NCBI GenBank assembly: GCA_963798915.1
Contig: CAWCVB010000001.1
Span: forward strand, 224,001 to 288,000
Reading direction: 5' to 3'
Source of the DNA: an uncultured Gemmatimonadales bacterium
GTDB lineage: Bacteria > Gemmatimonadota > Gemmatimonadetes > Gemmatimonadales > GWC2-71-9
Length of the DNA stretch: 64,000 nucleotides
The translations under genes were made by a program, and so were the position numbers. Under the pieces are notes generated by a model. It saw only the letters and a program-made list of their open reading frames with translations. It was not told where the DNA came from and did not search any database. Below, piece after piece: positions 40,740 to 50,736 of this stretch (within the stretch, counting starts at the first letter, position 1; every line of letters starts with the position of its first letter).

Positions 40740-42287
40740 TCATCGGTCACCCCCTAGCCGTGGTGGTGAGCGCTTCCAGCCCGGCATGATGGGCGGCGCT
40801 ACCGCTTCCCGCCGAAGGACTTCCAGCCAGGGCGAGAGTGCGTCGGCAAACTGCCGGGCCCAGTCCTCGTCGCCCCCGCCAAACATCCCTTCCTGCGCCA
40901 CCGAAAAGATCAATGCACCAGTAATGCGGCCCTGAAACCGTAGCGCGGCAATGAGTGACGTGGTCCCCGGCTCGTCGGCGATGAGCACGGGTACCTCGCC
41001 TCGAAGCACCCGACCCAATGGCAGCTCGCCAGGCGCCACCTGTGGGAGATCTGCCAGCGGGCGGCGTTCACCCGGTCCGAGGATCGCCACACGCGACTCG
41101 TCGCCCAGGCGGAGCGCCACGGTCATCTCCTCGAAATCCAGCACAGCTGCCGCCTCGCTCTGCGCCCGCCGGAGCGCCTCGGCAGGATCCCGCACCGTGG
41201 CCAGCGACTCCAGCATGCGTGACAAGCGACTCGGGCCGCTGCGTTGCGCCGCCGCGTGGCTCCGGAGAACCTGGAGGTGTCCGGTCAGGACAAACGCATC
41301 AACTCGGGTCGCCACCGCTGGAGCAATGCAGCCGAGCAGTGCGAGATCTTCGTCGGTGTAGCGGTGATCGGCTGACGACCCGAGCAGCAGGACCCCGACC
41401 AGTCGGCCGGCCATCTCAAGCCGGATCCCAGCGACCGAGCGCATGGCCGGGCTGCCGGCCACCGGCGGCATCGCGACCGGATCCCCGGGCACGCCCTCGT
41501 ACAGAATGGACGGTACGCTGGCAAAGAGCCCTGCCAGGTCTACCTGCGAGCGCGGCACGACCAGGTCAGGATCGCCCCAGAGCGGACCACCCGGATGCTG
41601 CCCAAGCCGGTACCACTGTTCACTGGAGGTGCCGGGCACCAGCAGCTCGAGCCGCTCATGCGCGATGACTGGACCCAGCAGCCCGCTCAGTCCTTCAGAC
41701 AGGTCGCGCGGTGATCCTGCATTGGCCGCGAGCTGGGCAATATCCGCCACCAGTTGCATCGTCTCGCGCGCGGTGCGCTCGGGACGGGGCGTTTCGTTGG
41801 CGCGCCAGCGTCGGGCGAGCCGGCCCAGCGTAGCCGCGAGTGAGTCGGCCACCAGCTGCGCAGCGGCGCGCTCCCGCGGCCCGTGGACATCCGGCGCGAG
41901 AGCGGCGAACATCAGGAGGCCGACGTCGAGTCCGGCATCAGTCGCGACCACGCACGTGGTCGAGCGATACCCGGCATCACGTACGATATCTTCCAGCAGG
42001 GTGAGCTGCTCGATGCCCACACTAGGTGGTTCGGGAATGGCGAGCTGGTCGGCAGCGAGCGCTTCCGGTCCCAGGAGAACCGAACCGCCGCCGGCCGGGT
42101 AGAGCCAGAATCCGAAGAGCTCATGGGGAATTTCGCTGGCCAGCGACACCGAGAGTGCCTCGTGCCAGGTCGCGCGAGTTACTTCGTCAGCCGGGTCCTC
42201 GCCGGGCCGAAGCAGCGGCACAAGCGGTCCCTCCCCGAGAAACTGCACGGGAATGTCGGACGCTCGGGACGTTTCGTCGGCGGACAT
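40740..42287 (-). CDS. Multi-GAF-like protein without recognisable output domain
   Basis: Three segments ending in GAF-like patterns (VGLLMF, GRLVGVLLLGS...YTDEDLALL, GRITGALIF). Confidence 0.7.
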   Translation of the reverse strand: MSADETSRASDIPVQFLGEGPLVPLLRPGEDPADEVTRATWHEALSVSLASEIPHELFGFWLYPAGGGSVLLGPEALAADQLAIPEPPSVGIEQLTLLEDIVRDAGYRSTTCVVATDAGLDVGLLMFAALAPDVHGPRERAAAQLVADSLAATLGRLARRWRANETPRPERTARETMQLVADIAQLAANAGSPRDLSEGLSGLLGPVIAHERLELLVPGTSSEQWYRLGQHPGGPLWGDPDLVVPRSQVDLAGLFASVPSILYEGVPGDPVAMPPVAGSPAMRSVAGIRLEMAGRLVGVLLLGSSADHRYTDEDLALLGCIAPAVATRVDAFVLTGHLQVLRSHAAAQRSGPSRLSRMLESLATVRDPAEALRRAQSEAAAVLDFEEMTVALRLGDESRVAILGPGERRPLADLPQVAPGELPLGRVLRGEVPVLIADEPGTTSLIAALRFQGRITGALIFSVAQEGMFGGGDEDWARQFADALSPWLEVLRREAVAPPIMPGWKRSPPRLGGDR

Positions 42288-42301
42288 GATGGCCACGCAA
42301 G

Positions 42302-42317
42302 CGCACGAGCCGTGCCC
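42302..42317 (-). promoter_or_regulatory. Possible sigma54 -24/-12 promoter
   Basis: GGGCACGGCTCGTGCG (GGCACG-N4-GTGC). Confidence 0.45.
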
Positions 42318-42332
42318 CGGTACGGGCCCTCG

Positions 42333-42369
42333 TCGTATTTTGCAAGTGATTGAAATGCCATGACTTAGA
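42333..42369. promoter_or_regulatory. Conserved motif TCGTATTTTGCAAGT-N15-ACTTAGA
   Basis: Matches 25761-25798. Confidence 0.55.
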
Positions 42370-42471
42370 CTGATGACAGGTGGGAGGTGAAGCGGCCGTG
42401 ACCCGCCAGATCCGTATTTCGCAACAACCTACCCGCGTCCGGCGAGCCGGACGCCACCGAGGAGTTGGCCA

Positions 42472-42690
42472 ATGGAGCAGGTAACCCTGACGATCAACGG
42501 CATGTCCTGCGGCCATTGCGTGGCTGCCGTCAAGCAGGCATTGTCCCGTGCCACCGGCGTCCAGCAGGTGACATCGGTCGAAGTCGGACGGGCCCAGGTC
42601 GTGATCGATGAAGCGGCCACTTCACCGGATCAGGTCGCCGAAGTGGTGACCGAAGCCGGCTATGATGCGCATCCGGTCAGTCTGTCCTGA
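42472..42690 (+). CDS. CopZ-like heavy-metal-associated domain protein
   Basis: GMSCGHC, AGY; SD GAGGAG. Confidence 0.92.
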   Translation: MEQVTLTINGMSCGHCVAAVKQALSRATGVQQVTSVEVGRAQVVIDEAATSPDQVAEVVTEAGYDAHPVSLS

Positions 42691-42858
42691 CGCGAGACAC
42701 ACCAGGCCAGGTCGTAGCAGACTGAGACCTTTGAATCTGCCAGCGCCACTCAGGCGAGCATTCCGGGCTCGCTGAAACTGGCCCTCGACGGTACGTAGCT
42801 TGCACTACCTGCAGGTGTCCGTTGGAAATCCCGATTTTGGCAGTGAGGTCATGCGGCA

Positions 42859-43551
42859 GTGGGAAGAAAGTTCTTGAGCGCGGCGGCAGCCGCGGTGGTG
42901 ATTCTGCTGGCTCCTGCCAGCCGAGCGGCGGCCGGGAGTGAGCCGTCCATGCTCACGCGTCACAGCGTGCGCGTGCTGCACTCGTCCCGCTCGGAAGCGT
43001 TGGCCAGCGCGGCCGCCGCCGCGGGGCTCCGCTCCACCGTGCTGGATGCAGCCTTGGCAGCGCGCGAGCGCGTGGTCGCTGATGGCGGCACCTCGAGTGC
43101 ACTCCTCACGGTCATTGACTTCACGCTTCCCTCGCGTGAAAAGCGACTCTGGGTACTGGACATCGACCGGGACAGTGTCCTGGCCCGGGAACTGGTGGCC
43201 CATGGCCGTAACAGCGGCGGCGATCTCGCCACCCATTTTTCCAATGCGCCCGGCAGTAACGCGTCGAGCCTCGGCACCTTCGTCACGGGCCGCACGTACG
43301 TCGGCGCGCACGGATTGTCCCTTCGGCTGCGCGGACTGGATCACGGTCTAAACGACAATGCCTATGCACGCGCCATCGTGATTCACGGCGCCGAGTACGT
43401 CAACCCTGACATCGTGCAATCACTGGGGCGGCTGGGCCGGAGCCTGGGATGCCCGGCCCTCGCCCCGAATGTCGCTCCGCGCATCATCGACCTGATCAAG
43501 GACGGGACGGTGGTGTTTGCCTACGGCGAGATGGCGGGAACTCAAAGCTGA
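42859..43551 (+). CDS. Murein L,D-transpeptidase catalytic-domain protein
   Basis: IDFTLPSREKR, VAHGRNS, SSLG, IVIHGA, GRSLGCPA. Confidence 0.9.
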   Translation: MGRKFLSAAAAAVVILLAPASRAAAGSEPSMLTRHSVRVLHSSRSEALASAAAAAGLRSTVLDAALAARERVVADGGTSSALLTVIDFTLPSREKRLWVLDIDRDSVLARELVAHGRNSGGDLATHFSNAPGSNASSLGTFVTGRTYVGAHGLSLRLRGLDHGLNDNAYARAIVIHGAEYVNPDIVQSLGRLGRSLGCPALAPNVAPRIIDLIKDGTVVFAYGEMAGTQS

Positions 43552-43563
43552 CGAACTAGCCAA

Positions 43564-45456
43564 CTACCCCAGCAGATCCTCGAGGCCCGCCGTGCGCAGC
43601 AGTCTGGCGTAACGTGAATCGCGCGCCAGGCCGTGGTGATCATAGGGGAAATCGGTCAGCACCCGTCGCAGCCGCCCCGGCCGGTTGTAGTAGCTCCGCT
43701 CCACCCAGTCCATTGCCCGGGTCCATTCACCCAATTCCGCGTGAAGAATGATGAGCCGGTCGGCCAGTTGCCGGCTGGTGCGCTCCTCCGCGAAGGGATC
43801 TTCGTGTTTGGCCTGCTCCTCCAGCGCGGCCAGATCGCGCCGCAGGTCCCGCTCGCGGGCCTGCGCCCATCCATGCTCCTGCACTTCCGTGGCCAGCAGC
43901 GCGGCCCGCTGCTGCTCACCGCGCACGCCGAGCAGCATCCGGCGTGCATCGAGCGCTTCCTCGTGGCGACCGGCGCGATGGCAGCTCATTTCCAGTCGTT
44001 CCAGGGCGGCCTCGTAGCCGGGCGCAAGGCGCAAGGCTTCGCGCAGCGGTGAGATGGATTCATTATATCGTCCCAGCGCCATCAGGATGTCACCCAGCCC
44101 GACCCGCTGGAATGCCGCCCGTGGGGCAAGGTCCACCGCCACCCGCATCTGCTCAAGCGCCTCCGTCAGCCGTCCGGCGATCTTGAGCCACACAGCATAG
44201 AAGCGGCGCCCGCCCGGGTCGTTCGGCGCCAGTTCCACGGCCCGGCGCAGTTCCCGCCCGGCCTCCTCGAAGTCATCTTCCCAATAGAGGAAGTGGATAC
44301 CAAGCAGCGTGTGCACTTCCCCAAGGTTGTCGTCCAGCGCCAGCGCCGAGAGACACAATTCCTGCACCCGGCGGAATGCTTCCTCGCGCTCGACGAAACC
44401 GCGGGCACCTTGGGTCATCAGGACGGCCGCCAGGCTGACCAGGGCCAGCGCACTGGTCGGCATCGTGGTGCAGGCCTTCTCCAGGTAGACCCGCGCCATT
44501 TCCAGTCGAGGACGCATGGCGTCGCCACCCTGGATGGCGTTGGTGTTGAGTTCCCGCCCCTTGGCAATCAGCCGCGCTACTTCGGGAGGAAGCTCCGGCT
44601 GTACCGGCGCGACCGGTTGCGATACCCGGATGCTGGCAGTGGGGTGTTCGGCCGATGTATGCAGTTCCCGAAGGGAGCTGAGCACGCTGGCCGCGCTCGC
44701 CGGCCGCTCGTCCGGGCTCTTGGCCATGAGCTGGCGGCAGAGCCGGTCCAGCCGAGGATCCACTTCCGGCCGGGCCGTGCGCAGTGACGGGATGGGCGCG
44801 AGCACATGGGCGGCGAGCAACGCGGCGACGTTCGGACCGCTGAATGGTGGCTGGCCGGTCAGCAACTCGTAGGCGACGCAGCCCATGCTGTAGAGATCGG
44901 CCCGGCCGTCGGGGCGGTCGCCGGTAGCCTGCTCCGGGCTCATGTATGAGGAGGTACCCAGCACCAGTCCGGCCTGGGTCAGCGTCGCCGTGGACGAATC
45001 GGTGTTGAGGGCAATGCCGAAATCCGCGAGGATGGCACGGCCGCCGTACCAGAACACGTTCTCCGGCTTGAGGTCGCGGTGCACCACCCCCATGCCGTGG
45101 GCGTACGCGAGGGCTTCGGCCAGGTCCGAGAGGATCCGGATCACGTCTATCGAGGGTAACGGACCCTCGGCAACCAGCCGCTCCCGCAGCGTGCCGCTGT
45201 TGATGAACGGCATGACGTAGTAGAGCGATCCCTCACTCTCGCCGGAATCGAAGAGCGGGACAATGTTGGGATGGACCAACCGCGCGGTCAGGTGAATTTC
45301 GCGATGGAACCGGTCGGCGCCGATGGCCGACGACACCTCGGCGGACAGCAGCTTGATTGCCACCGGACGATCGAGCAGCTCGTCATGGGCCAGCAGCACC
45401 TGGCCCATACCTCCACGCCCAAGCTCACGCTCGATGTCGAAGCGATCGGACAGCAC
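43564..45456 (-). CDS. Cytoplasmic Ser/Thr kinase with TPR C-terminus
   Basis: GRGGMG, HRDLKPEN, DFG, YMSPEQ. Confidence 0.93.
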   Translation of the reverse strand: MLSDRFDIERELGRGGMGQVLLAHDELLDRPVAIKLLSAEVSSAIGADRFHREIHLTARLVHPNIVPLFDSGESEGSLYYVMPFINSGTLRERLVAEGPLPSIDVIRILSDLAEALAYAHGMGVVHRDLKPENVFWYGGRAILADFGIALNTDSSTATLTQAGLVLGTSSYMSPEQATGDRPDGRADLYSMGCVAYELLTGQPPFSGPNVAALLAAHVLAPIPSLRTARPEVDPRLDRLCRQLMAKSPDERPASAASVLSSLRELHTSAEHPTASIRVSQPVAPVQPELPPEVARLIAKGRELNTNAIQGGDAMRPRLEMARVYLEKACTTMPTSALALVSLAAVLMTQGARGFVEREEAFRRVQELCLSALALDDNLGEVHTLLGIHFLYWEDDFEEAGRELRRAVELAPNDPGGRRFYAVWLKIAGRLTEALEQMRVAVDLAPRAAFQRVGLGDILMALGRYNESISPLREALRLAPGYEAALERLEMSCHRAGRHEEALDARRMLLGVRGEQQRAALLATEVQEHGWAQARERDLRRDLAALEEQAKHEDPFAEERTSRQLADRLIILHAELGEWTRAMDWVERSYYNRPGRLRRVLTDFPYDHHGLARDSRYARLLRTAGLEDLLG

Positions 45457-45608
45457 AGTTGAGTCCCGGAGGCATGTGACGGTCCAGGCGGTGGACCGGC
45501 CGAACTCATGAAGCTATGGAGCAGCGGCTGGTTGGCAAGGAGGGCTGGCCAGGCCTGACGTCCATCGGGATCCAGCCCGTGCGGGCACCATCCAGGTGAG
45601 CCGTGCGC

Positions 45609-46184
45609 TCACCTCATCCGTTTTCCCGTGTCGCGGTCCAGCTCCGCCCGCAATCCGTCCAGCAGCGGGTGGCCGGTCGTGTACATGCGGCCGTACTCGA
45701 GATTGAAGGCGTAGTCGAATCCGTCCGGGTTGTCCCCCTGGGTGTGTTGCAGGATCGTCTCCAGCTTGTCCAGCGCCTTGGCGAGCCGGGCCGCGGGCGT
45801 GCTTGCCGCCTCGTACTCATCCCACAGGGCCACAATTTCATCCCGGCGCGATGCCGGCAGCGGCTCCAGCAGCGTGAGGAGGTCTCGCCGCTCCTCGGCC
45901 GCCTTGCCGTCGGGAAGCTCGGCCTGCTCCGGCGCTGGCACATCGCCGCGAATGACCTCGCCAAGGTCATGGACCAGGCAAATGGAGAGAAGGTGACCCA
46001 GGTCCACCTCGGGAAAGTCGGGATGCACCAGCATGGCAAGCAAGGCGAGACGCCAACTGTGTTCGGCCGCGCTTTCCTGGCGGCCAGCCGACGTCCAGGC
46101 GTTGCGCAAGGTGTGCTTTAATCCCTCGGCACGACGAAGGAAATCAAGCACGGCAGCCGCGAGTGGAATGTGCACCATGCTCAT
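45609..46184 (-). CDS. HD-domain hydrolase (YfbR/HDDC2-like)
   Basis: ESAAEHSWR, VHDLGE, LDKLE. Confidence 0.9.
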   Translation of the reverse strand: MSMVHIPLAAAVLDFLRRAEGLKHTLRNAWTSAGRQESAAEHSWRLALLAMLVHPDFPEVDLGHLLSICLVHDLGEVIRGDVPAPEQAELPDGKAAEERRDLLTLLEPLPASRRDEIVALWDEYEAASTPAARLAKALDKLETILQHTQGDNPDGFDYAFNLEYGRMYTTGHPLLDGLRAELDRDTGKRMR

Positions 46185-46214
46185 GGCTCCTTGGGCATCG
46201 AGACCGGCCTCGTG

Positions 46215-46439
46215 CTAGACTGGCGGCGATTCGGCACCGAGCTCGATTTCGCCGTCGATGTTCATCATCTCGAGATAGCCCGGGATGGTCAACGTGGCGC
46301 GCACCGGCAAGGTCTCGGTGCCGGTCAGCGATCCTTGCTCGAGCCCGGCCGCCACGGCTCGTTCGATCTCGCGCTGGGCCGTGATCCCGAAACGCTTGAG
46401 AAACTTGCGAAGTTCGAGATTGAAATGTTCGTCGTTCAT
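46215..46439 (-). CDS. Small conserved protein (DUF6494-like)
   Basis: FNLELRKFLKRFGITAQREIE pattern. Confidence 0.7.
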   Translation of the reverse strand: MNDEHFNLELRKFLKRFGITAQREIERAVAAGLEQGSLTGTETLPVRATLTIPGYLEMMNIDGEIELGAESPPV

Positions 46440-46446
46440 GGGGATG

Positions 46447-46554
46447 GGGGGTTAGGGGTTGGGGGTTGGGGGTTGGGGGTTGGGGATTAGGGATTAGGGA
46501 CTCCGAATGTTATTCTCGCTCAACCCTGATCCCCAACCCCTGGCCCCAGGCCCC
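46447..46554. repeat. (GGGGTTG)-type array with inverted C-rich counterpart
   Basis: G-rich array 46447-46500; caaccctgatccccaacccctggcccc 46521-46554. Confidence 0.8.
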
Positions 46555-47553
46555 ATGCTCTTCGTAGACAACGACAATGTCACCGATGCGCGACTCAACC
46601 TCGCCCTCGAGGAGTACGTCCTCCGCAACAAGATGACCGAGGAGGATATCCTCCTTTTCTACGTGAACAGCCCTTCCATCATCATCGGGCGGAACCAGAA
46701 CACCATCGAAGAGATCGACTCCGACGTGGTGGCGGCACGGGGCATCCAGGTGGTGCGGCGCATCTCCGGTGGCGGCGCGGTGTACCACGATCTGGGCAAT
46801 CTCAATTTCAGCTTCATGACCCGGGACGTCCACGGCCGCTTCAACCGCTACGATACGTTCAATGGACCGGTGGTCGAGGTGCTCCGGAGCCTGGGCGTGC
46901 CGGCCGAACTGAGCGGCCGGAACGACATTCTGGCCGGCGGGCGAAAGATCTCAGGCAACGCGCAGTTTGCAAGCGCCGGGCGGATGTTCAGCCACGGCAC
47001 TCTGCTGCTCGACGCCAATCTCGACGATGTCACGGCGGCGCTCCGGCCCAAACCGGGCAAACTGGAATCCAAGGCGATGAAGTCGGTCCGCAGCCGGGTG
47101 GCCAACATCAGCGAGTTCCTGACGTCGCCGCTCGATGTGCGTGAGCTCCGCGAGCTGATCATCGAGCGCATCTTCGGCAGCCGTGACCGGCGCCGCATAT
47201 CGCTGGTCACCCTCAGCGAGGAGGACCGCGCCGGTGTGCGCCAGCTTTTCGCCGAGCGGTACGACAGCTGGGACTGGAACTACGGCCAGAGCCCGCCGTC
47301 CAACCTGCAGCGGGCCCAGCGGTTTGGCGGCGGCGAGATCGACATGCGGCTGGACCTGCAGGAGGGCCGGATTGCAGCCATCCGCCTGTTTGGCGATTAC
47401 ATGGGCAGCGGCGACGTGGCCGAGGTGGAGAAACGGCTCATCGGTCTGCCTTACGACCGCGAGGCTATTGCCTCGGCGCTTGCCGACGTCGACCTCGGGA
47501 AGTATTTCGGGAAGATCGAGCGTGGGGAGGTCCTGAGCGTCATCTGTCCGTAA
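46555..47553 (+). CDS. lplA: Lipoate-protein ligase A
   Basis: NLALEE, IGRNQN, RRISGGGAVYHD, GRNDI, KISGNA, HGTLL. Confidence 0.93.
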   Translation: MLFVDNDNVTDARLNLALEEYVLRNKMTEEDILLFYVNSPSIIIGRNQNTIEEIDSDVVAARGIQVVRRISGGGAVYHDLGNLNFSFMTRDVHGRFNRYDTFNGPVVEVLRSLGVPAELSGRNDILAGGRKISGNAQFASAGRMFSHGTLLLDANLDDVTAALRPKPGKLESKAMKSVRSRVANISEFLTSPLDVRELRELIIERIFGSRDRRRISLVTLSEEDRAGVRQLFAERYDSWDWNYGQSPPSNLQRAQRFGGGEIDMRLDLQEGRIAAIRLFGDYMGSGDVAEVEKRLIGLPYDREAIASALADVDLGKYFGKIERGEVLSVICP

Positions 47554-47572
47554 GAGAGACGAGCGTCGAGAG

Positions 47573-48133
47573 TCAAGCGCCTGATGCTCTCGACGCGCGA
47601 CGCTCGACGCTTGACGCGTCCTCCTCGTAGCTCAACTTCCCATTTACGATCTTCGCCGCCGATGTCCACGGGTGCGGCACCGCCTTGCCGGGGCCCATGA
47701 TGTGCAGCACTTCGAACCCCGCCCACTTCAGTGCATCAGCGATCATGCTGCGGTGGCAGCGCCACCAGACCGCCTCGGCGCACATGATCGCGGTCGGGAG
47801 GGCGCAGGCGAAGTCGGCGAGCGCCATCAGCGCCGCGGCAAACGCTTCCGTTTCCATGTAGTCGGCGTAGCCCCGGAAGGCGGCGTTTCGCCAGGCCGAG
47901 TTCACCGACTCGGGCGACGTCTTCCGTCGCCCGCCGAGTTCCGGCATCCAGCAGTAATCGATCCCGGCCAGTTCGACGCTCTGCCGCAGTGCCTCCATCC
48001 CGAACTGCGGCACGCGCCGCGATCCCGGGATGCTGCGCACATCCACCAGCAGCTCGATATCGTGCTCCAGGAGCAGCGCGAGAAATTCCTCGACGCCACG
48101 CGTCGAGTGGCCGATGGTGAATAGGGCGGGCAT
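47573..48133 (-). CDS. DUF488-family protein
   Basis: TIGHS, DVRSIP, LGG, MCAEAVWWRCHR. Confidence 0.9.
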   Translation of the reverse strand: MPALFTIGHSTRGVEEFLALLLEHDIELLVDVRSIPGSRRVPQFGMEALRQSVELAGIDYCWMPELGGRRKTSPESVNSAWRNAAFRGYADYMETEAFAAALMALADFACALPTAIMCAEAVWWRCHRSMIADALKWAGFEVLHIMGPGKAVPHPWTSAAKIVNGKLSYEEDASSVERRASRASGA

Positions 48134-48136
48134 CGT

Positions 48137-48184
48137 GGGTCGAGGGTCGAGGGTCGAGGGTCGAGGGTCGAGGGTCGAGGGTCG
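48137..48184. repeat. (GGGTCGA)6 array in the DUF488 leader
   Basis: Same unit as 21047-21130, opposite strand. Confidence 0.9.
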
Positions 48185-48279
48185 CGAAGATATTCCTCCT
48201 CCTCAGCGCGCCATGTGCGACCTTCGCCCCGCCTTCCCGCCGACCGTGCCCGTCTCGCCCGCCTTGCCCGCCTTGCCCG

Positions 48280-48675
48280 TCATGACAACGAGGCCGCTTT
48301 CGATATGCGGCCCCGGCGCAGCAGCCATCCGACAACTGCGCCAAGAACGGCATAGGGCAGCGCCCGGACGATCCCGAACCCCAACTCCGCAGGCCAGAGG
48401 TTGTGAGCCGACGGATCCTGGATTCCGTCAACGACTACACGCAGCATTATCGCCATCGGAACGGCTCCTGCCGTGACTAGCAGCGCGCGCCAGAAGCGCG
48501 CCTGTCCTGTCGCCACCAGCGCCAGCGCCAGGGCACCAACCGCAACCAGACTCCATGAGGCCAGCGCAGCGGCCAGAGTCAACTTGGAATATGGGATGCT
48601 CCAGTAGGGCAGCCCAACCAGCAGAGTCGCCGTGATGAAGGCGAGCAGGGACCACCAGTGACGTTCGCGTGGCAT
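48280..48675 (-). CDS. Hypothetical membrane protein
   Basis: Four hydrophobic segments, DPSAHNLWPAE; SD GGAG. Confidence 0.75.
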   Translation of the reverse strand: MPRERHWWSLLAFITATLLVGLPYWSIPYSKLTLAAALASWSLVAVGALALALVATGQARFWRALLVTAGAVPMAIMLRVVVDGIQDPSAHNLWPAELGFGIVRALPYAVLGAVVGWLLRRGRISKAASLS

Positions 48676-48831
48676 GGTTGCTCCGGTAGGGCCGGTTGAC
48701 TGGCAGCGGTCGACGGTCAACGGTCGACCCATGACGTGCGGGCGCCCGGCGGCGCGCCCCTTACGCCTTACGCCTTACGCCGTTCCATTATATATACAAT
48801 TCCAGACCCCCGCATACCCCGGACACCGCCC

Positions 48832-50500
48832 ATGCGCACATTGCTGTCGAGCGCGGCTGCCGCCGCACTCCTGCTTCTCGCCCCGCCCCTGTCGGCCCAG
48901 GCATCCTTCACCTCCGACCCGGTGCTGCAACGGATCTGGGCCATCGGCATGGACAGCTCCCAGACCGATGCGCTGGCGCGCACCCTCTTCGATTCGCTCG
49001 GGCCCCGGCTCACTGGCTCGCCCGACCAGCGGCGTGCCAACGACTGGCTGGTCCGGATGTACAAGTCATGGGGCATCGACGCCCGGAATGAGCAGTACGG
49101 CACCTGGCGCGGATGGCGGCGTGGCTACTCGCATATCGACCTGATCTCGCCCCGCGTGCGCACCCTTGAAGGCATGATGCTCGCCTGGAGCCCTGGCACC
49201 GGCAAGCAGGACCTGACCGCCGGCACCATCATCCTGCCGCACTTCAAGGACTCAACCGACTTCGTCGCTGGCTGCCGCAGGCCAAGGGCAAGTTTGTACT
49301 GGTCGCGCCCGGGCGGCAGACCTGCCGGCCGGCGGAGGACTGGCGGGAGAACGCGACGCCGGAATCACTCAAGCGCGCGGCCGACCAGCGGCAAGCGTCG
49401 TTGACGAGTGGCGCGACCGGATCGCGGCCACCGGCTACAGCCTGGCGCTCGGCACCGGTTCCCTGGGCGTCCGCATGGAGCAGGCCGGCGTGGCCGGCTT
49501 CCTCACCTCGCGGCCCAAGGATGGCTGGGGCACCATCGAGATCTTCGAGACGTACGACACCATCGCGCCCGCCGTGGCGCTCTCCTGTGAAGACTACGGG
49601 CTGGTCTATCGTCTCACGGAGGACAACCGGAACCCACAGGTGCGCATGAACCTCGACGCCGACCTGCTGGGCGAGCAGCCGGTGTTCAACACCATCGCCA
49701 CCATCCCGGGCTCGAGCAAGAAGAACGAATACGTGATGCTCTCGGCCCACTTCGATTCGTGGGATGGCTCATCCGGTGCCACGGACAACGGCACCGGCAC
49801 GCTCACCATGATGGAGGCGATGCGGATCCTTCGACTGGTGTATCCCCATCCCAAGCGCACCATCCTGGTGGGCCACTGGAGCAGTGAGGAGGAGGGGCTG
49901 GTCGGTTCGCGCGCCTTTACGGAAGATCATCCCGAAATCGTGAAGGGACTGCAGGTCCTGCTCAACCAGGACAACGGCACCGGGCGGATCGTGCGGGCGG
50001 GCGGCGGTGGGCTGCCGGACGCCGCAGCACACCTGGAACGCTGGATTGGGATGCTGCCGCCGATGTACAAGGAGCAGATCAATTTCGGCGGCGCTGGGCT
50101 GCCCGGTGGCGGCGGCAGCGACCACGCCTCATTCTCCTGCTATGGCGCGCCGGCTGTCGAGCTTGGCGGTCTCAGCTGGGATTACGGCAACTACACCTGG
50201 CACACCAATCGCGATACCTACGACAAGATTGTGTTTGACGATCTCAAGTCCAACGCCACGCTCTTTGCGATGCTCGCATACCTCGCGTCGGAAGATCCCT
50301 CGACCGTGGGACGCGAGCGGGTGGATCTCAAGGCACTCGCCGCGGCGCGGGAAGCACTGGCCGATTCCGCCCGTGCCAATCCTGCTGATTCGACGCTGGC
50401 GCGCCGGGCCGGGCTGGGCCGGGGCCGTTTCTTCCGGGTCCCGACCGAATGGCCGGAATGCCAGAAGGCACCACGCAGCACGAATCCGAGATTGAAGTAG
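48832..50500 (+). CDS. Secreted M28-family metallopeptidase with two apparent 1-nt deletions (~49268, ~49398)
   Basis: Signal peptide, GPRLTGS, SAHFDSWD, GATDNGTG, EEEGL, SDH, HT..D; middle segment WLPQAKGKFVL lies in a third frame. Confidence 0.85.
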
Positions 50501-50506
50501 GGCTTG

Positions 50507-50736
50507 CGGTCAACAGTCGACGGTCGACGGTCGACGGTCGACGTGAAACCGACTAGGCTCCGGTTTGTCATCCTGAGCGAAGCGAAGGATCTGCTCACCC
50601 GTCTCCATGGCCAGGCGAATAGATCCTTCGCCCGCTTCGCGGGCTCAGGATGACAATTCCTCGACTCACCTCCCTCGTCCTCGTCCTCGTCCGCCGAGCC
50701 GCCCAGCCGTTGACTGTTGACCGTCGACCATCGACT
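50507..50736. repeat. TTGTCATCCTGAG...CTCAGGATGACAA element (50565-50656) flanked by oppositely oriented GTCGACG-type arrays
   Basis: Read directly. Confidence 0.85.

Noticed and set aside
42835..42866. TGTCCGTT upstream of the L,D-transpeptidase gene (about 42815) as a third ECF promoter
   Set aside because: The CGTTCTC box is absent at the expected spacing
49255..49410. Programmed ribosomal frameshifting in the M28 gene
   Set aside because: No slippery heptamer; two separate breaks, and similar breaks occur in unrelated genes
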